NCBI GenBank assembly: GCA_035718485.1
Contig: DASTHC010000131.1
Coordinates: forward strand, 1 to 60,560
Origin: Gaiellaceae bacterium
GTDB taxonomy: Bacteria > Actinomycetota > Thermoleophilia > Gaiellales > Gaiellaceae
Direction: 5' to 3'
Length of the DNA: 60,560 nucleotides
The notes below the pieces were generated by a model. It saw only the letters and a list, made by a program, of their open reading frames with translations. It did no database searches and was not told the origin of the DNA. Shown one piece after another: positions 35,693-46,600 of this stretch (position 1 is its first letter; every line of letters starts with the position of its first letter). The position numbers and the translations under genes were made by a program.

Positions 35693-37323
35693 CTGCGCGC
35701 TCCCTCCTCCGCGAGCCGGCGGCGCAGGTCGCGAAGCGGGCGCGGGCTCGAGATGTACGGCACCTTGTCGAAGTTGTGCTCGGGCGGCGGTGAGGTCGTG
35801 TACCACTCGAGTGTGTCGCCGAGCCAGGGGTCGTTCCCGACCCGGCGCGAGTTCCGCGAGCGGACGACGTTCCAGAGGAAGACGAGCGTCCCGAGGCCGA
35901 GGAGGAACGAGCCGACCGTCGAGACGACGTTCCACGTCTGCCACCACGGCAGGTCGCGGTAGCCGACGACGCGCCGCGGCATGCCGAGCAGGCCGAGGAA
36001 GTGCTGCGGGCCGAACGTCAGGTTGATCCCGATGAAGTAGAGCCAGAAGTTGAGCTTCCCGAGCCCCTCGTCGAGCATGCGACCGAACATCTTCGGCCAC
36101 CAGTAGTAGAGCCCGGCGAAGATGCCGAAGATCGATCCGCCGAAGAGGACGTAGTGCATGTGCGCCACGACGAAGTACGTGTCGTGCACCTGCCAGTCGA
36201 ACGGGAACGCGGCGAGCATGACGCCGGAGATGCCGCCGATCGTGAAGATCGAGAGGAGGCCGAGCGCGAACAGCATCGGCGTCGCGAAGTGGATGTTCCC
36301 GCGCCAGAGCGTCGCGAGCCAGTTGATCACCTTCACGCCGGTCGGGACCGCGACGAGCACCGACGCGATCATGAAGAAGCCGTTCAGGTAGTTCGGCAGG
36401 CCGACCGCGAACATGTGGTGCGCCCAGACGAGCAGCGAGACGAACGCGATCCCGATCGTCGAGAACGCGATCGCCGCGTAGCCGAAGATCGGCTTCCGCG
36501 CGAACACCGGCAGGACCTCTGAAACGATCCCGAAGGCGGGCAGCACCATGACATAGACCTCGGGGTGGCCGAAGAACCAGAACATGTGCTGGTAGAGGAG
36601 CGCGTTCCCGCCCTCGTTCGGCAGGAAGAAGTGCGTGCCGGCCTGGCGGTCGAGGAGGAGCATCGTCAGCGCGGCGGCGACGGACGGGAGCGCGAGGATC
36701 AGCAGCCACGCGTACGTGTAGATCGTCCAGACGAAGAGCGGAATCCGCATCCACGTCATGCCCGCGGTGCGGAGCGTATGCACCGTCGCGACGAAGTTGA
36801 TCGCACCCGCGAGCGACGAGATCGCGAGCAGGTGGAGACCGAGGATCGTCAGGTCGACCGACGTGTCGGTGTGGATCGAGTACGGGGGGTAGAGGTACCA
36901 GCCGGTGTCCGCGGGGCCGCCGGCGCCGAACCACCCGCTGTAGAGGACCAGGCCGCCGAGCAGGAACGCCCAGTACGAGAACGCGTTCAGCCGCGGGAAC
37001 GCCATATCCGCGGCGCCGATCATCAATGGCACGACGTAGTTGCCGAACCCGGCGAGGATCGGGACGATGACGAGGAAGACCATCGTCAGACCGTGCATCG
37101 TGAAGAGCTGGTTGTACGTCTCGCGGCTCACGACGTCCCCCGCTTCGGGCGTGACGAGCTCGGTCCGCATCAGCAGCGCGAGGATGCCGCCGACGACGAA
37201 GAAGAAGAGGCTCGTCGCGATGTAGAGGATCCCGATCCGCTTGTGGTCGGTCGTGACGAGCCAGCTCGCGAAGCGGCCGCGGTACCACGGGACGGGGTAG
37301 ATGCGCTCGGTCTGGACCGCCAC
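35689..37323 (-). CDS. ctaD: cytochrome c oxidase subunit I (A-type, 544 aa)
   Basis: Starts at GTG 37323 (VAVQTERIYPVPWYRGRFASWLVTTDHKRIG...). Motifs: WFFGHPEVY, WAHHMF, HDTYFVVAHMHYV. Confidence 0.95.
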   Translation of the reverse strand: MAVQTERIYPVPWYRGRFASWLVTTDHKRIGILYIATSLFFFVVGGILALLMRTELVTPEAGDVVSRETYNQLFTMHGLTMVFLVIVPILAGFGNYVVPLMIGAADMAFPRLNAFSYWAFLLGGLVLYSGWFGAGGPADTGWYLYPPYSIHTDTSVDLTILGLHLLAISSLAGAINFVATVHTLRTAGMTWMRIPLFVWTIYTYAWLLILALPSVAAALTMLLLDRQAGTHFFLPNEGGNALLYQHMFWFFGHPEVYVMVLPAFGIVSEVLPVFARKPIFGYAAIAFSTIGIAFVSLLVWAHHMFAVGLPNYLNGFFMIASVLVAVPTGVKVINWLATLWRGNIHFATPMLFALGLLSIFTIGGISGVMLAAFPFDWQVHDTYFVVAHMHYVLFGGSIFGIFAGLYYWWPKMFGRMLDEGLGKLNFWLYFIGINLTFGPQHFLGLLGMPRRVVGYRDLPWWQTWNVVSTVGSFLLGLGTLVFLWNVVRSRNSRRVGNDPWLGDTLEWYTTSPPPEHNFDKVPYISSPRPLRDLRRRLAEEGARR

Positions 37324-38300
37324 TACTGGCCGCCCCCGGCGATCGTCCTCGTGTAGTTCACGAGCGTCCGGATCTGCTCGTCGCTCCAGCCCGCGCCGAC
37401 CTTCGGCATCTCGTTCCGGCCGTTTCGCACGAGAAGTGCGAGGGCCGCGGGGTCGGCGAGCGTCGGGTTCCCCTGCAGCGTCGGGCCGATGAGCTGTGGC
37501 CCGGAGATGTTGTGGCACTTGGAGCACGCGGCGTCGAACTGCGCGCGGCCGCTCGCGGACAGTCGGGCGAGCTCGGCCCGGTAGCGGCCGACGGGAAGTG
37601 CGCGCACGCTCATCTCCATCGCCCCGTGCTGAATGCCGCAGTACTCGGTGCAGTTTCCTTCGTAGACACCGGGCCGCTCGGCGCGGAACCACGTGTGGTT
37701 CAACCTCCCGGGGATCGCGTCGATCTTTCCGCCGAGCTCCGGGATCCACCAGGAGTGGATCACGTCGGCGACCTGCGACGTCACGTTCAACTCGACCGTC
37801 CGGCCGGCCGGGACGACCATCGTGTCGTACGTGACGCTCCCGTCGGGGTAGCGGAACTCCCAGTAGAACTGATGGCCGCGCACGTCGATCCGCAGGTTCG
37901 GCACGCTCGTAGGCTCGTTCGCCGCGCGCGTGACGTCGCTCACGTCCGGCAGCTTGTAGAAGACGAATCCGACGATGACCGCGACGAGAAACACGGGGAC
38001 GACCGTCCAGAGGACCTCGAGCCTGGTGTTGCCGTGGATCTGCGGTCCCTCGGCGTCGACGGGCCGCCTGCGTCGCCGGTAGCGCACGACGAAGACGATC
38101 AGTGCGACCTCGACGGCGATCAGCACGATCCCGGTGACGACGAGCAGCAGGTAGTAGGTCTGGTTGATCGCCTCGGCGTTCGGCGAAGCCGGATCGACGG
38201 GCGTCAGGCCCGCGTTGGCGGCGAACGCGGGCGCGGCGAGCGCGAGTGCGCCGAGCACGAGAGCGGCGATCGAGACGAGGCGGCGCACGGCCGGTGGCAT
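37323..38300 (-). CDS. ctaC: cytochrome c oxidase subunit II fused to a C-terminal cytochrome c domain (caa3 type)
   Basis: Signal/TM regions, CuA site HSWWIPELGGKIDAIPGR...CTEYCGIQHGAM, and the heme c motif CSKCH. Confidence 0.93.
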   Translation of the reverse strand: MPPAVRRLVSIAALVLGALALAAPAFAANAGLTPVDPASPNAEAINQTYYLLLVVTGIVLIAVEVALIVFVVRYRRRRRPVDAEGPQIHGNTRLEVLWTVVPVFLVAVIVGFVFYKLPDVSDVTRAANEPTSVPNLRIDVRGHQFYWEFRYPDGSVTYDTMVVPAGRTVELNVTSQVADVIHSWWIPELGGKIDAIPGRLNHTWFRAERPGVYEGNCTEYCGIQHGAMEMSVRALPVGRYRAELARLSASGRAQFDAACSKCHNISGPQLIGPTLQGNPTLADPAALALLVRNGRNEMPKVGAGWSDEQIRTLVNYTRTIAGGGQ

Positions 38301-38310
38301 TCTACGAAGG

Positions 38311-38598
38311 GTGAGCCCGAGGACGAGGGTGGACCTGCCGCCGGGCGCGACCGGAGGGTTCGAGGTCTACGTCAACGGCGTTCAGCAGCGAGAGGGCGTC
38401 GACTTCGAGCGTCGTGGCACGAGCTTGCTCTTCCCGCGGAGCCTGGCGCGTGAGGGGCGGCTCGGCTTCTGGCGCTGGCTCAGCATCATCCTCGGGATCG
38501 CGGGGACGTACCGCCAGAACGACAGCGTCGACGTCGTGTACGACGTGGGCGGTCGGCGCGTCGTCGCGACCGGTCTTCCGCTCGTGCAGGAGGAGTAA
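38311..38598 (+). CDS. small conserved-looking hypothetical protein, divergent from the oxidase operon
   Basis: ...GGFEVYVNGVQQREGVDFERRGTSLLFPRSLAREGRLGFWRWLSIILGIAG... Start is GTG 38311 or GTG 38329 (after GAGGACGAGG). Confidence 0.5.
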   Translation: MSPRTRVDLPPGATGGFEVYVNGVQQREGVDFERRGTSLLFPRSLAREGRLGFWRWLSIILGIAGTYRQNDSVDVVYDVGGRRVVATGLPLVQEE

Positions 38599-38619
38599 CG
38601 GGTTGCGTACGCTGCTCAG

Positions 38620-40143
38620 ATGACGGACGGCGACTGGCCGGCACCCGAGCCGAGAGAACCTCGTGAGCCCGAGCGGCGTCCCGCGCCGCTCCCGCGCGTC
38701 GAGGACCTGCCGATCGCGGAGCAGGGTTACGACCGCGAGAAGGTGCGCGAGGCGTTCGACGCGTTCTACCGCCACGCCGCGCAGCTCGACTCGACGCTGC
38801 GGACGCTCGAGGCGGTCGAGGTGTTCCAGCGGACGGCGGCAGAGCTTCGCGCCGAGCTCCGCACGGTTCGCGGCTCGGGGTGGACGGTGCAGTCGTGGCA
38901 GGGAGGCGGCGGTGGGTACGGCGCGCCGCGCGGCGTGCGCGAGTGGACGCTGCCGCCCGCGTTCCCGCGGCTCGCCGGCGAGTTCGCGTTTCTGATTCTC
39001 GTCGGCGTCGTGGTCGGGATCGCAGGATGGTCGTCGCTGACGATCGTGCTCGTGATGGGCGCCGCGCTCGGCGTTGTGCTGCTGATCGAGTGGGTCGCCG
39101 CGCGCGAGCGTGCGATCCCGACGGCGGCTGCGCCCGCGGTCGCGCCGGATCTCGACCAGGAGCCGGAGGAGTTGCCGGAGGCCGTGGCGTGGGTTGCGCC
39201 GGAGGAGGGCCCCGAGGCGATGACGATGCTCGATGAACCGCCGGTGCGTGAGGACGACGAGCCGGTCGCCGAGGCCGAAATCCTCGAGGAACGGGACGTT
39301 CCCGCGACGGTCCCGGAAGACTCGGCCGAGTCGGCCGGCGAGGAGCCCGAGCCCGAGCCGGTTGCCGAGCCCGAGGTCGTCGAGGAAGCGATGGTCCCCG
39401 AGGAGTCGGCCGAGGCGATCGTCGAGGAGCCCGAGCCCGAGTCCGAACCCGAAGGCGAGCTCGTGCCCGAGCCGGCGCCGGTCTTGATCTTCGAACCGCC
39501 CCAGCCCGAGCCGGTGCCGGAGAGTCCGCAGCTCGAGGAGACCGAGCCGGAGGCCGTCGCGGAGCTGCACCAGGCCGAGCCGGAGCCCGAACCGGAACCG
39601 GAGCCCGAACCCGAACCCGAACCCGAGCCCGAGCCCGTCGCCGAGGCGGTCGAGCCTGAGCCTGCGCGGGCGCCCGAGAAGCGGCGCTTCCGGCTGTTCC
39701 GCCGCGCCGAGGAGCCGGCGCCCCCCACCGAGCATGCGGCCGAGCTCTGGGCCGTCGCCGCCGCCGACGACATCGACGAGGAGACCGACGAGGCGATCGA
39801 GCTCGCCGAGCCCGAGGCGCCCGCACACGTCGACCCGTGGGAGCAGGAAGCGCAGCTGCCCGTCGCACCGGAGGTTCCCGAGGACGACCAGGAGCCGCCG
39901 CCTGCCACCGAGCGCTCGGGCTGGTTCCGCCGCGATCCGCACGTCGAGGACACGGCGGCTCCCGCGTTCGAGCCGGTGCCTGAGCCCGTTGCCGAGCTTG
40001 CGCCCGACCCGGAGCCCGAGCCCGACCTCGAGCCCGAACTCGAGCAAGACCTGCCCGTCGACGCCCTCGCCGAGCAGGCCGCCGCCGCGATGGAACGCTC
40101 GCGCGCGCGGCGACGGGCCCCCCGCAGGGCCCGCCGCCGCTGA
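38620..40143 (+). CDS. DivIVA-domain membrane protein with a very acidic Pro/Glu-rich tail and a basic C-terminus
   Basis: N-terminal DivIVA-like motif GYDREKVREAFDAFY. Two TM helices (FAFLILVGVVVGIAGW, LTIVLVMGAALGVVLLIEWV). About 300 aa of E/P-rich sequence including (EP)n, ending RSRARRRAPRRARRR. Confidence 0.75.
   Translation: MTDGDWPAPEPREPREPERRPAPLPRVEDLPIAEQGYDREKVREAFDAFYRHAAQLDSTLRTLEAVEVFQRTAAELRAELRTVRGSGWTVQSWQGGGGGYGAPRGVREWTLPPAFPRLAGEFAFLILVGVVVGIAGWSSLTIVLVMGAALGVVLLIEWVAARERAIPTAAAPAVAPDLDQEPEELPEAVAWVAPEEGPEAMTMLDEPPVREDDEPVAEAEILEERDVPATVPEDSAESAGEEPEPEPVAEPEVVEEAMVPEESAEAIVEEPEPESEPEGELVPEPAPVLIFEPPQPEPVPESPQLEETEPEAVAELHQAEPEPEPEPEPEPEPEPEPEPVAEAVEPEPARAPEKRRFRLFRRAEEPAPPTEHAAELWAVAAADDIDEETDEAIELAEPEAPAHVDPWEQEAQLPVAPEVPEDDQEPPPATERSGWFRRDPHVEDTAAPAFEPVPEPVAELAPDPEPEPDLEPELEQDLPVDALAEQAAAAMERSRARRRAPRRARRR
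39576..39636 (+). repeat. in-frame (Glu-Pro)n hexanucleotide repeat
   Basis: GAGCCG/GAACCC units encode AEPEPEPEPEPEPEPEPEPEP. Confidence 0.85.
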
Positions 40144-40152
40144 CGCCTCGCC

Positions 40153-42711
40153 TTACTCGTACTGCAGTGCTTCGAGCACGTTGAGGCGCGAGGCACGGCG
40201 TGCCGGGAGGACGGCCGCCGCGACACCGGCGATGATCGCGACCACTGCGAACACGACCAGCGATCCCACCGGAATGGAGAGCGAGACGTCGTAGTCGGCC
40301 AGCGCGTGCGTGACCGCACCCGCGAGCGCGATGCCGACCGGCAGGCCGAGGGCCGCGCCGATCAGCGCCGTGACGACGCTCTCGTGCCGGATCATCCGGC
40401 GAGTCTGCCGCCGCGTCAGACCGACTGCGCGGAGCATCCCGATCTCCCGCGTCCGCTCGTAGACCGCGAGCACGAGCGTGTTCACCATGCCGAACAGGCT
40501 CACGATCACGGACAGCGCGAGCAGCGCGTAGAGGACGTTGATGATCCCGTCGATCTCCGCGACGCGCTCGTCGACGAACGTGTCGTCCGAGACGACGCGC
40601 GCGTCGGGATAGGCCGCCAGTGCAGCCGCGAGCGTGGAGCGAGGCGCGTTCGACCATACGAGCGTGAGCGAGTCGCTCGGCCGCTCGAAGAACCGGTCGA
40701 ACGTCGACTGCGGGACGACCACGCTGCCGAGCATCGAGTCGAAGCGCGGCGGGTCGTAGATGGCCCGGATGCGAAGGTTCATCATCTTCCCGGTCGGCGT
40801 GCGCACAATGAACTCGCCGCCACGGGCGAACCCGTTCGCGTCGGCGAACGACTTCCGCACGATCGCGTCGCGCGCACCGAGCGACTGGAGCACGAGCGGC
40901 GACCCTTCAGACCACTCGAGGTGGAAGACGTCGTCGATCGTCCGCGGGTCGACGCCGGAGACGTCGACGCTCCGCCCGAGCACGCGACCGCGCTCGCGGC
41001 GGATGCTCGAGGACACCTGCACGCCGGGTGCGTCGGCCGCGGTCTGGCCGACCACGGCAGGCAGCGTCGTCCAGCCGTTCTGCGAGACGACGACGTAGTC
41101 CGCGTCGATCTGGCGGACGACCGCGTCGCGCTCGGACGCCTGGAGCCCCTTGCCCATGACCGTCACGAAGGTGACGAGCGCGAGGCCGACCATCAGCGCG
41201 GCCGCGGTCGCGGCGGTGCGGCCGGGCATCCGGACCGCATTGCCGCGGGCGAGCCGCCCGGCAGCCCCGCCGAAGCGGGCCGCCGGCCACCCGAGCACGC
41301 GCGCGAACGGCGTGACGAGCCGCGTCGACACGATCGCGACGCTGACGAACAGCGCAAGCGTTCCGAGAGCGAGCGAGAGCACCCGCCCGAGCGCGGACAC
41401 ACCCGGGACGAAGAGCCCGTAGCCGAGCACTGCGATCGTGAGACCGAGCAGCCCCAGCGAGATCGGGAACGACAGACGCGCGAATCGTCCGCGCGGCAGC
41501 GTCGCGCCCTCGCGCACGGCCGCGATCGCCGACACGCGCGTCGCCCGGAGTGCCGGTGCGATCGACGCGGCGAGCGTGACGAGCGTCCCGAGCAGCAGCG
41601 CGACGACCCACGTCCGCGTCTCGAAGACCATCGCCGAGCGCGGCAGGTCGAGGTTCGCCGCGGCGAAGAGCGCAGTCAGGCCCTTCGCGATGCCGATGCC
41701 GGCCGCGATCCCGATGAGCGACGCCGTCAACCCGACGGCGAATGCTTCGAGCACGACGCTCCCCATCACCTGCGGCCGAGTTGCGCCGAGCGTGCGGAGC
41801 GTCGCGAGCTCACGCGTGCGCTGCGCGACCGTGATCGAGAGCGTGTTGAAGATGACGAACGCGCCGACGAACAACGCGATCACGCCGAAGCCGAGGAGCG
41901 CGTACCGGATGAAGTCGATGAACTCCGAAACGCCCTTCTTGTCGGCGGTCGCCTGCTCCGCTGCCGTGCGCACCTGCGCGTTGGCGGGAAGCAGCGTCTG
42001 GATGTCGTGGATGAGCTTGTCCTGCGAGACGCCTTCGCCGCCGGCGACCATGATCACGTCGTAGCCGGGCTTCGACAGCAGTCGCTGGGCCTCGTGCACG
42101 TCGAAGATCGCCATCGTCGCGCTGCCGATCGTGTCGACGTCGCCGTACTGCGCGATCCCGACGAGCCGAAACGACCGGACCGGGCCGCCGACGGAGACGC
42201 GCACGAGCTCGCCGACGTGGAACCCGAGCCGGTCGGCGCTGTTGGCGTCGACGACGACCTCGCCCGGGGCCGTGGCGAACCGCCCTTGCTTCAGCTTGAG
42301 CGGGTTGAACTGCTGCTGCGAGGGGTCGACGCCGAGCCCGAACGTCGGGTTGCCGTTGCCGGTGACGATGTCGCCGTCTCGGTCGATCAGATGCGCGGTG
42401 TTCGCGCTGGAGTTGAGGTCGAGGATCTGCCCGGCCGCCGCGTCGACGGACGGCAGCGCACGCACCTGCCGGAGCACCTGGTCGGAGACGAGCGCGTTGC
42501 CTTGGTCGGACCAGTCGACGAGCGAGCGCCCGCTCACGACGACGTCGGTCTTGTCGTACGAGCTCGAGAAGATCGAGTCGAACGCCTTCGACATCGTGTC
42601 CGTGAGCACGAAGCTCCCGGTGACCATCGCGACGCCGAGGATGACGGAGAAGGCCGTCAGCGCCGTGCGGAGCTTCCGGCCGAAGATCCCCTTGAGCGCG
42701 ACGCGCTTCAT
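40153..42711 (-). CDS. ABC transporter permease with duplicated FtsX domains (MacB-like, 852 aa)
   Basis: Trimmed to ATG 42711 (MKRVALKGIFGRKLRTALTAFSVILGVAMV...). Two MacB_PCD/FtsX-like halves. ATGA overlap with the ATPase gene. Confidence 0.88.
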   Translation of the reverse strand: MKRVALKGIFGRKLRTALTAFSVILGVAMVTGSFVLTDTMSKAFDSIFSSSYDKTDVVVSGRSLVDWSDQGNALVSDQVLRQVRALPSVDAAAGQILDLNSSANTAHLIDRDGDIVTGNGNPTFGLGVDPSQQQFNPLKLKQGRFATAPGEVVVDANSADRLGFHVGELVRVSVGGPVRSFRLVGIAQYGDVDTIGSATMAIFDVHEAQRLLSKPGYDVIMVAGGEGVSQDKLIHDIQTLLPANAQVRTAAEQATADKKGVSEFIDFIRYALLGFGVIALFVGAFVIFNTLSITVAQRTRELATLRTLGATRPQVMGSVVLEAFAVGLTASLIGIAAGIGIAKGLTALFAAANLDLPRSAMVFETRTWVVALLLGTLVTLAASIAPALRATRVSAIAAVREGATLPRGRFARLSFPISLGLLGLTIAVLGYGLFVPGVSALGRVLSLALGTLALFVSVAIVSTRLVTPFARVLGWPAARFGGAAGRLARGNAVRMPGRTAATAAALMVGLALVTFVTVMGKGLQASERDAVVRQIDADYVVVSQNGWTTLPAVVGQTAADAPGVQVSSSIRRERGRVLGRSVDVSGVDPRTIDDVFHLEWSEGSPLVLQSLGARDAIVRKSFADANGFARGGEFIVRTPTGKMMNLRIRAIYDPPRFDSMLGSVVVPQSTFDRFFERPSDSLTLVWSNAPRSTLAAALAAYPDARVVSDDTFVDERVAEIDGIINVLYALLALSVIVSLFGMVNTLVLAVYERTREIGMLRAVGLTRRQTRRMIRHESVVTALIGAALGLPVGIALAGAVTHALADYDVSLSIPVGSLVVFAVVAIIAGVAAAVLPARRASRLNVLEALQYE

Positions 42712-43484
42712 CGGCCGGTCACCTCCTGCATCGCGGCGAGCACCTCGCGCGCCGTCGACTCCTTGAGGTCCTGGACGATCCGGCCGTCGGCGATGAAAAG
42801 GATCCGGTCGGCCATCGACGCGGCGCCCGCGTCGTGGGTGACCATCACCGTCGTCTGGCCGAGGTCGTCGACGGCGTTCCGGAGCACGCGGAGCACGTCC
42901 TTCGACGTCGTCGAGTCGAGGTTGCCCGTCGGCTCGTCGGCGAAGAGCACCGCGGGGTTCGAGACGAGCCCGCGCGCGATCGCGACGCGCTGCTGCTGGC
43001 CGCCCGAGAGCTCGGAGGGGCGATGCTTGCGCCGCTTGTCGATCCCCACGGTCACGAGCAGCTCGTCGAGCCACTCGCGGTCGATCTTCTCGCCGGCGAT
43101 GTCGAGCGGGAGGGCGACGTTCTCCTCCGCCGTGAGCATCGGCAGCAGGTTGAAGAACTGGAAGACGAAGCCGATCTTCTGGCGCCGGAAAAGCGTGAGC
43201 TTCTTGTCGCTCATCCGCGTGATGTCGACGCCGTCGAGGACGACGGTGCCCTCGGTGGGGCGGTCGAGGCCGGCGAGGATGTGCATCAGGGTCGACTTGC
43301 CCGAGCCCGACGGGCCCATGACCGCGGTCAGCTTGCCGCGCTCGATTTCGAGCGAGACGCCGCGGAGCGCCTCGACGGCGGTGTCACCCTCGCCGTACCG
43401 GCGAGAGACCTTCTCGATGCTGACGATCGCCTCCGCGGGCGGCTCGGGGCCGGGCTGCGGGGCGCGGAGTTCGACGACGGACAT
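42708..43484 (-). CDS. ABC transporter ATP-binding protein (MacB/LolD type)
   Basis: Trimmed to ATG 43484 (MSVVELRAPQ...) after an AGGAGG SD. Motifs: GPSGSGKST, LSGGQQQRVAIARGL, LFADEPTGNLD. Confidence 0.92.
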   Translation of the reverse strand: MSVVELRAPQPGPEPPAEAIVSIEKVSRRYGEGDTAVEALRGVSLEIERGKLTAVMGPSGSGKSTLMHILAGLDRPTEGTVVLDGVDITRMSDKKLTLFRRQKIGFVFQFFNLLPMLTAEENVALPLDIAGEKIDREWLDELLVTVGIDKRRKHRPSELSGGQQQRVAIARGLVSNPAVLFADEPTGNLDSTTSKDVLRVLRNAVDDLGQTTVMVTHDAGAASMADRILFIADGRIVQDLKESTAREVLAAMQEVTGR

Positions 43485-43642
43485 GGCTTTCAACCTCCTG
43501 TGGACGTGTTCGCCTGCCCATCGTGCGGCCGAGAGGCTCCGGTCGCGTCGTGCGACCCCCCTAACCCCGACCCCAGTCTTTTGGGGGGAAGGAATCTGCC
43601 GTACCCTGCGTCTTGTTTCGAGCCCCTCCCGGCTCGGCAGCA

Positions 43643-46600
43643 ATGCCTATGAGCGCCCTTCCCACCGGCACCGTCACGTTCCTGTTCTCGGACATCCAGG
43701 GCTCGACGCAGCTCCTCAAAGACCTGGGCCGAGACGAGTACGGAAAGCTCCTCTCGCTCCACAACGAGCTCCTCCGGACGGCGTTCGAGGAGGCCGGCGG
43801 CGTCGAGATCGACCGCCAGGGCGACTCGTTCTTCGCCGTCTTCCGGAGCGCGGGGACCGCCGTCCAGGCCGCGATCGCCGCCCAGAAGGCCGTTCTCGGG
43901 CAAGAGTGGCCGGAGCGGGCGGTCGTGCGGATCAGGATGGGCGTCCATACGGGCGAGGCGACCGTCGGCGAGGACGGCTACGTCGGCTTCGCGGTCCACC
44001 AGGCCTCGCGGATCGGCGACGCGGGCCACGGCGGCCAGATCCTGCTCTCCAGCACGACGGGGAGGCTCGTCGAGCACGACCTGCCACGCGACGTGGCGCT
44101 TCGCGATCTCGGCGAGAACCGGCTGGACGGCCTCGACCGGCCCGAGCGTCTCTACCAGCTCGTCGTCCCCGGGCTCCCCGACGTGTTCCCACCCCTGGCG
44201 ACCCGCTCGGGGATGCCGACGGCTCCCGGCGCGTCCGTCCTGCTCGAGCGCGAGGCCGAGCTGGCCGCGATCCGCGCGATGATCGAGGTCGCGCGGAGCG
44301 GAAACGGCCGCTTCGTCGCGATCGAGGGGAACGCGGGGATGGGCAAGACGCGGCTCGTCGCCGAGGCGCGATCGCTGGGAGCGGCCGCCGGGCTCCGCGT
44401 GCTCAGCGCGCGCGGCGGCGAGCGCGAGCACGAATTCTCGTTCGGGATCGTCCGCCAGCTCTTCGAGCCGATCCTCGCCCTTGCACCGGCCGAGGAGCGC
44501 GAGGAGCTGCTCGCGGGCGCCGCCGCCCTCGCCGCGCCGCTCTTCGACGAGCGGGGCCTGAGCGACCCGAACGTCCTCGCCGACAACTCCTTCTCCACGC
44601 TCCACGGCCTCTTCTGGCTCGCCGGCAACCTCGCGACCCGCCAGCCGCTCCTGCTTGCCGTCGACGACTTGCACTGGAGCGACGCGGCCTCGCTCCGCTG
44701 GCTCAACTACACCGCGCGGCGCCTCGAGGGGATGCCGATCCTGCTCGTCGCCGGGACCCGTCCGCCCGCTCAGAGCAACGAGGAGTCGCTCGTCGCCGAG
44801 ATCGTCGCGGATCCCGGCGCGGTCGTCATCCGCCCGCAGGCGCTGACGCTGCACGCGGCGCAGTCGCTCATCCGCGAGACGCTCGCGCGCGACGTCGACG
44901 TCGAGTTCGCGGACGCCTGCCACGAGGCCACCGGTGGCAACCCGCTCCTGCTCCGCGCGCTGCTCGACGCCCTCGCGAGCGAGGGGATCGCGCCGAAGGC
45001 GCGGAACGCGTCGCGCGTGTACGAGCTCGGGCCCGAGGCGGTCTCTCGCTCGGTCCATCTGCGGCTCGCCCGGCTTCCGAGCGAGGCAACGGCGCTCGCC
45101 CAGGCCGTCGCGGTGCTCGGCGACGACGTGCGGCTCGCCGACGCCGCCACGCTGGCCGGGGTCGACCGCGAGCTCGCTGCGCACACCGCTGCCACGCTCG
45201 CGCGAAACGGGCTCCTGCGCGTCGAGAAGCGACTTGCGTTCGTCCACCCCGTCCTCCGCGCCGCCGTCTACGCCGACCTGAACGGCGCCGAGCGCGAGCA
45301 GAAGCACGCCGCGGCGGCCGAGCTCCTGGCGGAGGCAGACGCACCTCAGGAGCAGATCGCCGCGCACCTGCTGCTGACGCGGCCGGGCGCGATCGAGCTC
45401 GCCGTGCCGGTGCTCCGCCAGGCGGCGGACCGCGCGCTCTCGAAGGGCGACCCGGATGCTGCGGCCGCGTATCTGCGGCGGGCGGCCGAGGAGCCGCTCG
45501 AGGACAGCGAGCACGCCGAGCTGCTCTACCGCCTCGGTCTCGCCGAACGTCTCGTCGACAACCCGGGAGCCGTCAAGCACCTCCGCGAGGCGCACGCGCT
45601 CGAGACCGACACGATCCGGCGCGCCCGCATCGCCCTCGATCTCGGCCGCACCCTCCTCTACGGCCTCCAGGTGCAGGAGTCCGTGCAGCTCTTCGAGGGC
45701 GCGATCGAGTCGGTGTCGCAGATCGACCTCGACCTCTGCCGGCGGCTCGAGGCCGGGCTGCTGACCGTCACGCTCATCTTCCCACCGCTCTTCCCACTGG
45801 CCCGGAAGCAGATGGAGCGCGTGAAGAAGCTGCCGCTCGGGGACGACGTCGGGTCGCGCATGCTCCTCGGCCTGCTCGCGTTCGCCCAGGCCCGCTCGAT
45901 GGGTGACCGTGAGACGTGCATCGAGTACGCCGAGCGTGCGGTGGCCGGCGGCGCGATCTTCGCCGAGGACAACCCCGCCTTCGCGTTCTCGACGGTCACG
46001 CTCACCGTGGCGGACGAGTGGGAGACGGCCGCCGCGATCTTCGACGACGCGTTCGCCGACGCCAGGGTCCGAGGCTCGGTCTCGGCGTATGCGGTCGCGT
46101 CGACCTTCCGCGGTTACCTTCACATCTTCACGGGCGACCTCTCCGAGGCCGAGGCCGACCTCCGGAACGCCGTCGAGGCCCTCGAGCAGCACGGGCTCAT
46201 CAGCGGCATGCCGTACGCGCTCGCGTTCCTCGCGGACGCGCAGATGCAACGAGGCGACCTCGAGTCGGCGATCGAGACCCTCGCGCGGGTCGACGCGCTG
46301 CCCGAGGCCTCACGGGGGCAGGCCTTCGTCCACGACGCCCGCGGCCGGCTCCGGTTCCTCCAGGGCCGCCACCGGGACGCGCTCGCCGAGTACACCCGCG
46401 CACGCGAGGTCTTCGAGGAGCTCGGCGGCGTGAACCCGGCCGTCATTTCGTGGCGCTCCCAGATGGCGCTGGCCCATCAGCAGCTCGGGGAGATCGACGA
46501 GGCGAAGCGGCTCGCGGCCGAGGAGGTCGAGCTGTCACGGCAGTGGGGCGCCCCTCGCGCGATCGCCAAGTCCCTCCGCGTGTCCGGCATGGTCGAGGGC

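Noticed and set aside
38302-40657. Two long - strand ORFs (581 aa and 723 aa) across the DivIVA-like gene
   Set aside because: They are mirror images of the acidic Pro/Glu repeat (read as Gly/Leu/Arg or Arg/Pro/Ala runs). They are low-complexity with no start context. The + strand product has a recognisable DivIVA motif, TM helices and a good ATG.
40306-45906. 1866-aa ORF on the + strand, the longest in the track
   Set aside because: It has an extremely Arg/Ala/Gly/Pro/Asp-rich, low-complexity composition with no recognisable motifs. It runs antisense to the well-supported FtsX permease and ABC ATPase genes, and out of frame across the cyclase-LuxR gene. This is a typical GC-driven shadow ORF.
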